From: Candidatus Roseilinea sp.
Lineage (GTDB): Bacteria > Chloroflexota > Anaerolineae > J036 > Brachytrichaceae
Direction: 5' to 3'
NCBI GenBank assembly: GCA_026003755.1
Contig: BPHV01000001.1
Coordinates: 654,393-718,392, forward strand
DNA length: 64,000 nucleotides
Positions 9,607 through 18,843 of the stretch are shown one piece after another; position 1 is the first letter of the stretch, and each line of letters opens with the position of its first letter. The notes under the pieces were generated by a model. It had not been told where the DNA came from. It made no database searches and saw nothing but the letters and a program-made list of their open reading frames with translations. Position numbers and translations under genes: made by a program.

Positions 9607-10374
9607 TCAGATCGCCGTGTAACCACCATCCACGCACAGCACCTGGCCGGTGATCATGCGCGCCGCGTCGGAAGCCAGGAAGACCACCGCGCCGGCGATC
9701 TCTTCCGGCTCGGCGATGCGCCCCATCGGAATCTTCTCCAGGTTCTTAGCAAAGGCGGGGTTCTGGAGGGCTTTCTCCAGCATTTCGGTGCGGGTAAACG
9801 TTGGCGCAATGGCGTTGATCGTGATTTGATGAGGCGCGAACTCGGCGGCCAACGAGCGGGTGAGCTGGCCGACCGCGCCTTTGGCGCCGGCGTAGATCGA
9901 GCGCAGCGGCCCGCCGACAACGCCGACCTGCGAGGTGATGTTGATGATGCGCCCGGCGACGCCGCGCTCGATCATGCTGCGAACCACCGCGGTGGTCATG
10001 AAGAACGCGCCCTTGAAGTTCACGTCGGAGATGCGGTCGAAATCTTCCTCGGTGTAATCGAGAGCTGGCTTGGGCGCGTTGTAGCCGGCGTTGTTCACCA
10101 GCACGTCAATCCGGCCGAAGCGCTCCAGCGTCGCGCCTACGAACGCGCGAATGCTGTTCAGGTCAGCCACGTCCAAGCGCCATGCTTCGGCGCGGCGGCC
10201 GAGCGCCCGGCAGTCGGCCGCGACAGCCTCACATTCCTCCACCGTGCGGCTGCCCAGGGCGAGATCCGCGCCCCACCGCGCGCAGACAAGCGCGATGGAT
10301 TTGCCGATGCCTTTCCCCGCGCCGGTGACGACGACGACTTTGCCGTTCAGATCGAAACTGAGAGGTGTGGTCAT
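9607..10374 (-). CDS. SDR family oxidoreductase
   Basis: Contains TGAGKGIG, NNAG and YAGAKGAV (YxxxK). Start taken at ATG 10372-10374 (MTTPLSFDLNGKVVVVTG). The longer ORF start at 10419 is also possible. Confidence 0.85.
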   Translation of the reverse strand: MTTPLSFDLNGKVVVVTGAGKGIGKSIALVCARWGADLALGSRTVEECEAVAADCRALGRRAEAWRLDVADLNSIRAFVGATLERFGRIDVLVNNAGYNAPKPALDYTEEDFDRISDVNFKGAFFMTTAVVRSMIERGVAGRIINITSQVGVVGGPLRSIYAGAKGAVGQLTRSLAAEFAPHQITINAIAPTFTRTEMLEKALQNPAFAKNLEKIPMGRIAEPEEIAGAVVFLASDAARMITGQVLCVDGGYTAI

Positions 10375-10556
10375 GATGGTGCCTATTGTAGTGAGCGACG
10401 TCACTTCATGCACAACCACAGCGGACGGGCGATGTGTGAAGGTCGCGACTGCGCGACGTCACGCCGGCTGCAGCTTTGGCGCCTGCGCCATGCCCTCCGG
10501 CGCCGGGGCGCGACCGTCGCCGCCATTGGCTGGACGATCGCCGCGCCAAAATTGGC

Positions 10557-12515
10557 TCATGTACAGCTCAGTAATAGAAGCCCTGGCGTTCGAGCAGCTC
10601 GCGGTGCGTGCCCGCGCTCGACGATGCGCCCCTTGTTCAACACCAGCAGCATATCGGCGTTCTGAATCGTGCTCAGCCGATGGGCGATGACGAAGCTAGT
10701 GCGACCCTGCAATAGTTGATCGAAGGCCGCCTGGATCAGCCGCTCGGTGCGCGTATCCACCGACGACGTGGCTTCGTCCAGGATCAAGATACGCGGGTTC
10801 GCCAGCGCAGCGCGGGCGATGGCCAACAACTGGCGCTGTCCCTGGCTCAGTCCGGCGCCGCGCTCACCCAACAGGGTCTGGTAGCCCTGGGGTAAGCGTT
10901 CGATGAACTGATCGGCGCGCGCCAGCTTCGCTGCGGCGATGCACTCTTCATCCGTCGCGTCCGGACGCCCAAACCGAATGTTCTCCATCACCGTCGCGCT
11001 GAACAGGAATGTGTCCTGTAGCACGATGCCGATCTGTCGGCGCAAGCTCTCCTGAGTCACATCGCGCACGTCAATCCCATCAATCATGACGGCGCCATTG
11101 GTCACGTCGTAGAAGCGCGGGATCAGGTTGACGAGCGTCGTCTTGCCGGCGCCGGTCGGCCCAACGATAGCGATGGTTTGGCCGGGTTGGGCCGTGAAGC
11201 TCACATCCTGGAGCACCGGTTCACCTGGGTTGTACTCCGCCGTCACATGCGAGAAGGTCACTTCGCCCTTGATGGGCGGCATGGCGATGGCGCCCGGCTT
11301 ATCCACGATGTCCGGCTTTTCATCGAGCAAGTTGAAGATGCGTTCGGCGCCGGCGATGGCGTTCTGCAGATTGGTCCACAGCACGGCGATCTGTTGGATC
11401 GGCTGGTTGAAGCGCTGCACGTAACCTAGGAAGGCGATGATCAAGCCGAGCGAGACCGTCGCGCCGAGCAGCGTCCCACTGCCGAGCAACGCTGCGCCGC
11501 CGGCGCACGTGACGATGGCCAACGCCACGTAGCCCAGCGCTTCGAGCGTCGGGGCGAGCGCGCTGGTGAACGACACCGCGCGCACATTGGCGTCGCGGTT
11601 GGCCGCGTTCACCACTTTGAAGTTCTCGATGTTCTCATCGGCGCGGTTGAAGGCTTGCACCTCGCGCACAGCGGCGATGGTCTCCTGCAGTTCGGCGTTG
11701 ACGCTGCCCATCTCTTTACGGCTCTGGCGAAAGGCCCGGCGCGCCTGCGACGAGAACCAGAACGTGGCCCCGATCATGAAAGGGAGCACCGCCATGCTCA
11801 GCAGCGCGAAGGGCAGGCTCAGCGTCAGCATCTTATAGACGATCCAGATCAACAGCAGCGCGCCGCTGAACACGTTGACCAAGGCAAAGCCGAGCGCCTG
11901 TTGGATCGCCTCGGCATCGGCAGTGATGCGCGTCATCAGGTCGCCGGCGTCGTGCTTGGTGTAGTAGCCCAGCGACAGACGATGTAAGTGTTTGAACACA
12001 TCCATGCGCATCGCGCGCAGCACGCGCTGGCCCACCCAGGCCATGCTGAAGAACATCGAGCCGGTCAGCGCAGCGCCGATGACGTAGAAGCACACGATGA
12101 ACAGCGCCAGGCGACCGAGGCCGGCAGTGCGGTCGGCGGGCGTGATTGCTTCCGACGGCGCAGGGAAGCCGCCGGCCAGGAAGGCCGACCGGATTAGGTT
12201 CTGAGTGAAGCCCTGCGGTTGCGCCTCGGCCGCCAGCCAGCAATTGGCCTGGGCGTTCTGCTGCACTTGGCCGGCCGGCGCTTGCATCACGCTTGATGCG
12301 ATCGGCGTCAGGTAGCAGTCCACCGTCTGGCCGATCAACTCCGGGTTGATCACCTGCGCCCAGGTGGACACGATCATGAATGCCAGCACGGCCAGCAAAA
12401 TCGGCCACTGCTGACGGAAGTAGCGCCAGAGACGCCGTAACGTTACCAAGGCGTGGGTCGGCTTGGGCGCCGTCTGGCTCATCATTCGGCGCATAGCTTC
12501 GGGGTTATTGAACAT
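10557..12515 (-). CDS. ABC exporter, fused permease/ATPase subunit (heterodimer partner 1); 3' end appears frame-shifted
   Basis: Six-TM domain plus GPTGAGKTT, LSQGQRQ and LILDEATS. After ...GRIVERG the canonical ending THRELLERQGFYY / ELYMSQFWRGD is found in the two other frames. Confidence 0.85.
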   Translation of the reverse strand: MFNNPEAMRRMMSQTAPKPTHALVTLRRLWRYFRQQWPILLAVLAFMIVSTWAQVINPELIGQTVDCYLTPIASSVMQAPAGQVQQNAQANCWLAAEAQPQGFTQNLIRSAFLAGGFPAPSEAITPADRTAGLGRLALFIVCFYVIGAALTGSMFFSMAWVGQRVLRAMRMDVFKHLHRLSLGYYTKHDAGDLMTRITADAEAIQQALGFALVNVFSGALLLIWIVYKMLTLSLPFALLSMAVLPFMIGATFWFSSQARRAFRQSRKEMGSVNAELQETIAAVREVQAFNRADENIENFKVVNAANRDANVRAVSFTSALAPTLEALGYVALAIVTCAGGAALLGSGTLLGATVSLGLIIAFLGYVQRFNQPIQQIAVLWTNLQNAIAGAERIFNLLDEKPDIVDKPGAIAMPPIKGEVTFSHVTAEYNPGEPVLQDVSFTAQPGQTIAIVGPTGAGKTTLVNLIPRFYDVTNGAVMIDGIDVRDVTQESLRRQIGIVLQDTFLFSATVMENIRFGRPDATDEECIAAAKLARADQFIERLPQGYQTLLGERGAGLSQGQRQLLAIARAALANPRILILDEATSSVDTRTERLIQAAFDQLLQGRTSFVIAHRLSTIQNADMLLVLNKGRIVERGHAPRAARTPGLLLLSCT

Positions 12516-12586
12516 CTTTTCGCCTCTTGTTCGTCCTGCTGACGCCGATACTTCGCGCCGAGCCGTCGCGCGGCGCGCGATGAATC

Positions 12587-14563
12587 CTACGCCGTCGCCG
12601 CGGCCAACGATGGCAGCGCATCCTGATGCGCGTCATCCACCAACTGCGAGCGATAAATCTCGGCATAGATCGGGCTTTCTTCGAGCAATGCCTCGTGCTT
12701 GCCGCGTGCGACAATCCGGCCTTTGTCCAACACCAGGATTTGATCCGCGTTCATCACCGTGCTGATGCGTTGGGCGATGACGATGCTGGTCCGCCCTTTC
12801 ATCAGCCGGTCGAGCGCGCGCCGGATGCGCACCTCGGTCGCCAGGTCCACGCTGCTGGTGCTGTCGTCGAGGATGAGGATGCGCGGATCGAGCAATAAGG
12901 CGCGCGCGATGGCGATGCGCTGTTTCTGACCACCGCTCAACGTCGCGCCGCGCTCGCCCACCGGCGTGTCGTAGCCCTGCGGGAACGCGGTGATGAAGTC
13001 GTGCGCCGCCGCCGCCTGCGCGGCGGCAATCACCTCGTCCATCGTCGCATCGGGCTTGCCGAAGGCGATGTTATCGCGGATCGTGCCGCTGAACAGCGTC
13101 GTCTCCTGCAGCACGATGCCGATCTGCGAGCGCAGCGAGTCGAGCGTCACATCGCGAATGTCGTAGCCGTCAATCTTCACGCTGCCGGCGCTTGGATCGT
13201 AGAAGCGCGGGATGAGGTTGATGATGCTGGTCTTGCCGGAGCCGGTTGCGCCGAGCAGGGCGATGGTCTGGCCCGGCTCAACGGTGAAGCTGACATCTTG
13301 CAGCGCGGGCGCATCGCTGCCGGCATAGCGGAAAGTCACATGATCGAACTCAATGCGACCCTGGATGGGCGGCAGCGAAATCGCATCCGGCTTTTCGGTC
13401 ACGTCGCTCTTCGCATCTAGGATCTCGAAGATGCGCGCGGCCGACGCGCCGGCCTGCCCTACCTGGGTGATGATGATGCCGAGCTGAGCGATGGGCAGGA
13501 ACAGATACATCAGATACAGGCTGAACTGCTGCCATTGGCCGAGCGTCAGCGCGCCGTTGATGATCTGCGCGCCGCCGAAATACGTTACCGCCGCTTGCCC
13601 CAGGTTCGCCACCAGGAAGATGACCGGGAAGAGGAAGGTGAACAAGCGCGAGACCTTGAGCTGCTGGTTCATCAGCGCGGTCGCTGCGCGCGCGAACTTT
13701 TCCTCTTCGCTTTGTTCACGGGCGAATGCCTTGACGACTTTGATGCCGGCGATGTTCTCCTGCAGGATGGTGTTCAACGCCGAGAGGCGCATCTGCACCT
13801 TGGCGAACAACGGCCCGCTCACCGCGCCGAACACCATGAACAGGATGAGCGCAATCGGCAGGATCGGCAACGTGACCAACGCCAGTTGCGCGTTGGTGAC
13901 GAAAAGGATGGTCAACGTGCCCACGATCAGGATCAGCGCGCCGACGAGTTGCATCAACCCCTGGCCGATGAACAGGCGCACTTTCTCCACGTCATCGGTC
14001 GCGCGGATCATCAGTTGGCCGGTCTGGTTCTGATCGTGGTAGGCGAAGGAGAGCTGCTGGATTTTGGCATAGAGGTCGTTGCGGAGGTCGTAGGCCACGG
14101 CTTGCGAGTTCTTCTCCGCCCAGAACGCCTGCAAGAAGGCAAAGAGGCCGCGCACAGCGGCAAAGACCACGATCGCCAGACCGGCAGACGCCAGCATCGC
14201 CGGCGCATTGGCAACGTCGGCATTCAGCCGATCGGTAAGCTGCTGCAATGACCAATCCGCAGGCAAATTGGCGGCGGCCAGCAAGCGCGGCAACGCCTGA
14301 GCCGCCCTGTTCTCCGGCAGTTGCGCTGCTGCGCCGAGCAAAAGGCGTGCGCGGGCGCCGACGGTGACGGCGTCAATGATGTTGCTGACCAGCTTGGGCA
14401 CGGCCAATTGCGCCAGCGTCGCGATGATGAGGAAGAGGTAAGGCAGCACGGCCTGCAAGCGATAACGCTGTAGATAAGCCAGTGACCTGCGAATGGCCTT
14501 GGGATCGGTCGGCGGCGCGTCGGGGCGCCCTTGGCGGCTTCGCGGCGATTGGGTGTTTTGCAT
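12587..14563 (-). CDS. ABC exporter, fused permease/ATPase subunit (heterodimer partner 2)
   Basis: Contains GATGSGKTS, LSGGQKQR and LILDDSTS. Start taken at ATG 14561-14563 (MQNTQSP...), which avoids overlap with marR. The ORF extends to 14620. Confidence 0.85.
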   Translation of the reverse strand: MQNTQSPRSRQGRPDAPPTDPKAIRRSLAYLQRYRLQAVLPYLFLIIATLAQLAVPKLVSNIIDAVTVGARARLLLGAAAQLPENRAAQALPRLLAAANLPADWSLQQLTDRLNADVANAPAMLASAGLAIVVFAAVRGLFAFLQAFWAEKNSQAVAYDLRNDLYAKIQQLSFAYHDQNQTGQLMIRATDDVEKVRLFIGQGLMQLVGALILIVGTLTILFVTNAQLALVTLPILPIALILFMVFGAVSGPLFAKVQMRLSALNTILQENIAGIKVVKAFAREQSEEEKFARAATALMNQQLKVSRLFTFLFPVIFLVANLGQAAVTYFGGAQIINGALTLGQWQQFSLYLMYLFLPIAQLGIIITQVGQAGASAARIFEILDAKSDVTEKPDAISLPPIQGRIEFDHVTFRYAGSDAPALQDVSFTVEPGQTIALLGATGSGKTSIINLIPRFYDPSAGSVKIDGYDIRDVTLDSLRSQIGIVLQETTLFSGTIRDNIAFGKPDATMDEVIAAAQAAAAHDFITAFPQGYDTPVGERGATLSGGQKQRIAIARALLLDPRILILDDSTSSVDLATEVRIRRALDRLMKGRTSIVIAQRISTVMNADQILVLDKGRIVARGKHEALLEESPIYAEIYRSQLVDDAHQDALPSLAAATA

Positions 14564-14607
14564 ATCGTTTCGATGACTCCCCTTCCGCAGAACTCGTGCG
14601 GGCTTTG

Positions 14608-15141
14608 TCAACCCCTGCACTTTCGTTCTGGATGATTGGCCAGCAGTGCCTCTACGAGTGCCGGATCATCCGTCAGGGCCATGAGCAACTGATGCAGCAG
14701 GGCGCACAGGCGTTTCGCGCGTTCGGTCCCCAGCGCTTCTAAGGAGCGGATGAACGCATCATCGTCATGGACGGGTGGAATCGCCTGGAGCGCCCGCCGG
14801 CCGGCCTCGGTGACGATCAGCGGCGTGCGCCGGCGATCGTTCGGGTCTTTGCTACGCACCAGGTACCCCTCGCGCTCCAGCTTGTCCACCGCCGGCACCA
14901 GCGTGGACGGGGTGAGCAGCATCCGGTTGCTCAACTCGCTGAGCGTGCACGGCTCATCCGCCAGTCGGCGCAGCAAACCATACTGCAGCACGCTCATGCC
15001 CGGCAGCGCTTCGTTGAGGCGCTGCTCCATGGCGCGCAGGTTGAGCTTGGCGATGATCGAGATCAGCATGCGAGTCTCGGCGGCCAGTTCGGCAAGCGTT
15101 CGAGATGACCATTTGCGGGAGCGCGCGGCGATAGGCGTCAT
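14608..15141 (-). CDS. MarR family transcriptional regulator
   Basis: 177-aa ORF with a winged-helix region (LSVLQYGLLRRLADEPCTLSELSNRMLLTPSTLVPAVDKLEREGYLVRSKDPNDRR). Lies directly upstream of the exporter pair. Confidence 0.85.
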   Translation of the reverse strand: MTPIAARSRKWSSRTLAELAAETRMLISIIAKLNLRAMEQRLNEALPGMSVLQYGLLRRLADEPCTLSELSNRMLLTPSTLVPAVDKLEREGYLVRSKDPNDRRRTPLIVTEAGRRALQAIPPVHDDDAFIRSLEALGTERAKRLCALLHQLLMALTDDPALVEALLANHPERKCRG

Positions 15142-15234
15142 AGTTCGCAGACAAAAGATTCGCTGGCGAATATTACGCGGACGTATGAGCGCCGAATGAG
15201 GGCAAGCTGAAAACGGAGAAAGGCGCGCCGGCGA

Positions 15235-16116
15235 TCACCGGTCGCTGCGGGCCAGCCGGCGCTCGATGCGCGATTGGACGGCCTGCAACAGGATGGTCAT
15301 CAGCCAATAGAAGGCTGCCGCGATCAGCAGCGTCTCCATCGAGTGAAAGTATTGCTGGCCCACCTTCTGCGCGCGCCAAAGCAATTCTTGCACGCCGATG
15401 ACCGAGACCAGCGCCGAGTCTTTGGTCATGGCGATGAACTCGTTGCCGACCGGCGGGATCACCACACGGAAAGCCTGCGGCAAGATGATCAGGCGCAGGG
15501 TCTGCCAGGGCGACATGCCCAGCGCGTATGCGGCTTCGCTCTGGCCCTTGCTGATGGACTGGATTCCGGCGCGGAAGGTCTCGGTCATGTAGGCGCCGTA
15601 GTTGATCGCCAACGCCAGGATGCCGGTAGGGACGGCAGGCAGCAACAGTAGGCTGCTGATGAACGGATACTGCTGCTCAAAGCCGGGGATCAGCTTGTTG
15701 AGCTGCTGGTTGATCTGCGGGAGGCCGAAGAACAGCAGGAAGATCTGGATCAGGAAAGGCGTGCCGCGGATGAGCGAGACATAGAACGTGGCGATGCCGT
15801 AGGCGATGGGGTTCCGCGACAGCCGGCCCAACGCCCCGAAGAACGCAAAGACGACCGCCAATGTGATCGAGACAACGGAGATGAACAACGTCATCACGAT
15901 GCCCACGCGGAAGATGTCGTCCGTGCCGGCGCCGTAGACGATGAATCCCCACCATTCGCGCATGAAGGCCGTGTCCAGCCGGATGGCGGCCAGGAAGGCG
16001 AGGATGCATGCGAAGATGGCGATCCAAACGAGGGCCACTTGGGCTTTGAAAGAGAGCGCTGCGCGCGGAGGACGCGGTTCGCTTCGTGCAGGTGAGGGAT
16101 AGAGCGGAGCGTCCAT
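15235..16116 (-). CDS. polar amino acid ABC transporter permease (HisM/GlnP family)
   Basis: Multi-pass membrane ORF with the EAA loop SEAAYALGMSPWQTLRLIILPQA. Confidence 0.85.
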   Translation of the reverse strand: MDAPLYPSPARSEPRPPRAALSFKAQVALVWIAIFACILAFLAAIRLDTAFMREWWGFIVYGAGTDDIFRVGIVMTLFISVVSITLAVVFAFFGALGRLSRNPIAYGIATFYVSLIRGTPFLIQIFLLFFGLPQINQQLNKLIPGFEQQYPFISSLLLLPAVPTGILALAINYGAYMTETFRAGIQSISKGQSEAAYALGMSPWQTLRLIILPQAFRVVIPPVGNEFIAMTKDSALVSVIGVQELLWRAQKVGQQYFHSMETLLIAAAFYWLMTILLQAVQSRIERRLARSDR

Positions 16117-16179
16117 GCAGTCACGTCAGAAACAGGGCGATCTCGAGGATGTCGTCGGGGCCTGATCCCTCGACCAAAT

Positions 16180-16214
16180 CAGACCCCGAGGTTCTTGAAG
16201 CACCTCAGGGTCTG
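16180..16214 (-). other. intercistronic stem-loop between binding-protein and permease genes
   Basis: Minus strand reads CAGACCCTGAGGT-GCTTCAAGA-ACCTCGGGGTCTG, a 13-bp stem with one G-U pair. No T tract follows. Confidence 0.4.
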
Positions 16215-16254
16215 AGCGGATCCCACGGCGAAATGCTCTGCACCATGCTGCGCG

Positions 16255-17151
16255 TCACTTCGTCAGCTTGGTCAGGTCGAAGCCGTCGTAATACTTCTTC
16301 GAGATGGCCGACAGCGTGCCGTCGGCGTGCATGTCCTCTACGATCTTGCTCAGCGCCGCCAGGAACTTGGCGTTGGGTTGCGCGGCCTTGTCAATGCTGA
16401 TGCCCACCCGGTCGGCGAACACCGTGGCGCCGACGGTCACGACCGGTGCACCCTTCTTGATGGCATCGGCCAGCACGTTGGCCGCCGTCAACACCGCGTC
16501 GTAGTCCTTGCGGCCGGCCTGCATGGATTGAATGCACTCCAGGTCCGTCTTCACCGTCGCCACCTTCGCATTCTTCGGCGGTGGAATGACCTCACCCTCA
16601 ATTTCGAGTGTGCCATTGAGGTACTGCTCGTAGACGGTAGACTCGCCCACACACACCGTCTTGCCCTCTAGGTCGCTGAGGTCCTTGATGGCGTCCTTCA
16701 GGTCGGCGCGCACCCCGAACTGCGCCGCGGTGTAGTAATACGGCGGGGTGAAGTCGAGCACCTTCTGCCGTTCGGGAGTGATGGTCATGCTGCCAATGCT
16801 CACGTCCCAGCGGCCGGCCCAGTTGCCGGCCGTGATCGCGCTCCAGTCTGGGGTGACGAACTCCACCTTGACGCCCAGCCGCCGGCCCACCTCATAGGCC
16901 ACATCAATGTCGAAGCCGGTCCAGGTTTTGGTCTTCTCGTCGAAATAGCTTTGTGGCGCATAGTTCGCGTCGGTGCTGACGCGCATCACACCGCGCTCTT
17001 TGATGATGTCGAGGAGGTCTTTCTGGCCGGCAGCCGGCGCCGCCGTGGCAGACGAGGCAGGGGGCAGTGGCGGAGGCGCAGCGCAGGCACTCAACATTGT
17101 AGCAACGAGACATGTCACCGGCAGAATGCGTATGCGTTTCATGGTTCTCAC
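16255..17151 (-). CDS. polar amino acid ABC transporter substrate-binding lipoprotein
   Basis: Signal peptide with lipobox MLSAC. Type II binding-protein body (GFDIDVAYEVGRRLGVKVEFV...). Confidence 0.85.
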   Translation of the reverse strand: MRTMKRIRILPVTCLVATMLSACAAPPPLPPASSATAAPAAGQKDLLDIIKERGVMRVSTDANYAPQSYFDEKTKTWTGFDIDVAYEVGRRLGVKVEFVTPDWSAITAGNWAGRWDVSIGSMTITPERQKVLDFTPPYYYTAAQFGVRADLKDAIKDLSDLEGKTVCVGESTVYEQYLNGTLEIEGEVIPPPKNAKVATVKTDLECIQSMQAGRKDYDAVLTAANVLADAIKKGAPVVTVGATVFADRVGISIDKAAQPNAKFLAALSKIVEDMHADGTLSAISKKYYDGFDLTKLTK

Positions 17152-17212
17152 CTCTTCGTAGGATGGACGATCGCGCGGGATTGTAGTGGCCGGCGGAGAG
17201 AATGCAAACGCC

Positions 17213-17860
17213 TCAGTAAAAATACTCGATCGGCCAACTGCGCTCTCGCGCGTAGCGCCTCAGCATCCGGTCGGGGTTGACCACGACGGGATGCCCCACA
17301 ACGTCCAACAACGCGCGGTCGGAATACGAGTCGGTGTAGAAGGTACACTCGCTCAGCGACGCCCCACGCTCAGCAGCGATGCGCTCGCCCCAGATGCGCT
17401 TGCCCTCGCCGTAGCACGGCTCGCCCACGATGCCGCCGGTGAACCTGCCGTTGACGATCTCCAGCTCCGTACAGCGGTAGGGGATGCGCAGATGGCGCGC
17501 GACCGGCTCGACGGCAAACTGCGTCGAGGCCGAAAGCAGAACGACGTAATCACCTTGCTGCTCATGCGCCCTCAGCCGGGCCAGCGCCTTCGGTGCAATG
17601 TGAGGAAGCACATCCTCCTCCACCCACCGGTCGCACAACTGCTTCGTCGCCGCTGCATCGCCGCCGCGCACGCGCCGGCTCAGGCGCGCCATCGCCCTCG
17701 GAAAGTTGAGCAGGTTAAGCGAGTATTGCAGGCTGATCATCATCACGCCGATCAACTCGCGCGTGGAGATCATGTTTCGCCGCCACAAATACTTCACGTA
17801 GAGCGTGCCGCTGCTTGCATCCAGCAGCGTTTTATCCATATCGAAGAAAACGATGCCCAT
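17213..17860 (-). CDS. HAD-IB family hydrolase
   Basis: Motif I is FFDMDKTLL. Also carries LLSAST and a late YTDSYSDRALL motif. Confidence 0.8.
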   Translation of the reverse strand: MGIVFFDMDKTLLDASSGTLYVKYLWRRNMISTRELIGVMMISLQYSLNLLNFPRAMARLSRRVRGGDAAATKQLCDRWVEEDVLPHIAPKALARLRAHEQQGDYVVLLSASTQFAVEPVARHLRIPYRCTELEIVNGRFTGGIVGEPCYGEGKRIWGERIAAERGASLSECTFYTDSYSDRALLDVVGHPVVVNPDRMLRRYARERSWPIEYFY

Positions 17861-17879
17861 AGTCCGTTGGATTGGGGAT

Positions 17880-17949
17880 CCAATCTCTTATCTCCAATCT
17901 CTAATCTCCAATCTCCAATCTCCAATCTCCAATCTCCAATCTCTAATCC
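17880..17949. repeat. tandem heptanucleotide array, about 10 units, consensus CCAATCT (AGATTGG on the other strand)
   Basis: Direct reading gives ccaatct cttatct ccaatct ctaatct ccaatct x5 ctaatcc. It is preceded by the small palindrome GATTGG-GGAT-CCAATC (17869-17884). Confidence 0.9.
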
Positions 17950-18815
17950 CCAAACAACCCCGTCTCCAACTTCTCGCCGCGCCGATAGGGCGGATAGGCG
18001 CGCGCGAAATACTCGAAGCTCGAATTGCGTCGGAAGAGGAAGCGCACGATCCGGCTTCCCCGCGCCGGCGGTTGCTGGCTGGCGTGGCAATCCGATGCGG
18101 CTTGTTTGATGCGAGCGTAGCGCCGCGTGTCTATGCGCGTCGTGACCGGCACGTCCCAAGAAGCGATTTGCACCAGATCAATATCCTTGTTGCGCCCAAA
18201 ACGGCGCGGGTCTTGCCGGAGCAGCGGCATGATGCGCACGCCCAGCTTGAGCAGGCGCTTCGGGATGATCGTGAAGTAGAGGCGCGGCGCCGGCGCGTTT
18301 TGCTTGACCACCGACCACAGGCCGTTGGGCTGCAGCTTCCATTCGATCCCGTACAACCGCTCGTAGGCGCGCATGGTGGCCTGGTGCAACTTGACATGAT
18401 CGGGATGACCGTAGCCGCCGTATTGATCGTGCGTGATGATCGCGTCGGGCCGCAAGCGTTCGATGAATTCGGCGATGCGCTCGGCCACTTCATCCAGCGG
18501 CGCAGCGTGCAGCGTCCCTTCCATGCCGTTGTGGGCCGCGCCGGCCATGCCGCTATCGCGGTAGCCCAGGAAGTGCACCCCTGCCAGGCGCAGTTCCTTC
18601 GCCGCACACGCCAACTCCGCCATGCGCAGTTCGGCAACGTCGGCGTAGCCGTTCAAACGCTCGGCGTCCACCGTGCCAGACTCGCCGCGCGTGCCACACA
18701 GGTAATGCACGGCTACGCCGTGATGGGCATACTTGGCCAGTGTGCCGCCCGGACCAAACGATTCATCATCGGGATGTGCAAGGATGACGAGCAGCGTCGC
18801 CATGGCCAACAGCAT
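17943..18815 (-). CDS. PIG-L/LmbE family deacetylase (MshB/BshB-like)
   Basis: Contains the VILAHPDDESFGPGG motif. About 290 aa from ATG 18813-18815; ATG 18803 is also possible. Its stop codon TAG lies inside the last heptamer unit. Confidence 0.8.
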   Translation of the reverse strand: MLLAMATLLVILAHPDDESFGPGGTLAKYAHHGVAVHYLCGTRGESGTVDAERLNGYADVAELRMAELACAAKELRLAGVHFLGYRDSGMAGAAHNGMEGTLHAAPLDEVAERIAEFIERLRPDAIITHDQYGGYGHPDHVKLHQATMRAYERLYGIEWKLQPNGLWSVVKQNAPAPRLYFTIIPKRLLKLGVRIMPLLRQDPRRFGRNKDIDLVQIASWDVPVTTRIDTRRYARIKQAASDCHASQQPPARGSRIVRFLFRRNSSFEYFARAYPPYRRGEKLETGLFGD

Positions 18816-18843
18816 ACACGACGGGTAGATGCCGGCTGATCCA

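Noticed and set aside
17880-17949. Whether the heptamer arrays (here and at 40534-40617) could be a CRISPR array.
   Set aside because: The units are 7 nt and contiguous, with no spacers. No cas genes are in the window. They are microsatellite-type tandem repeats.
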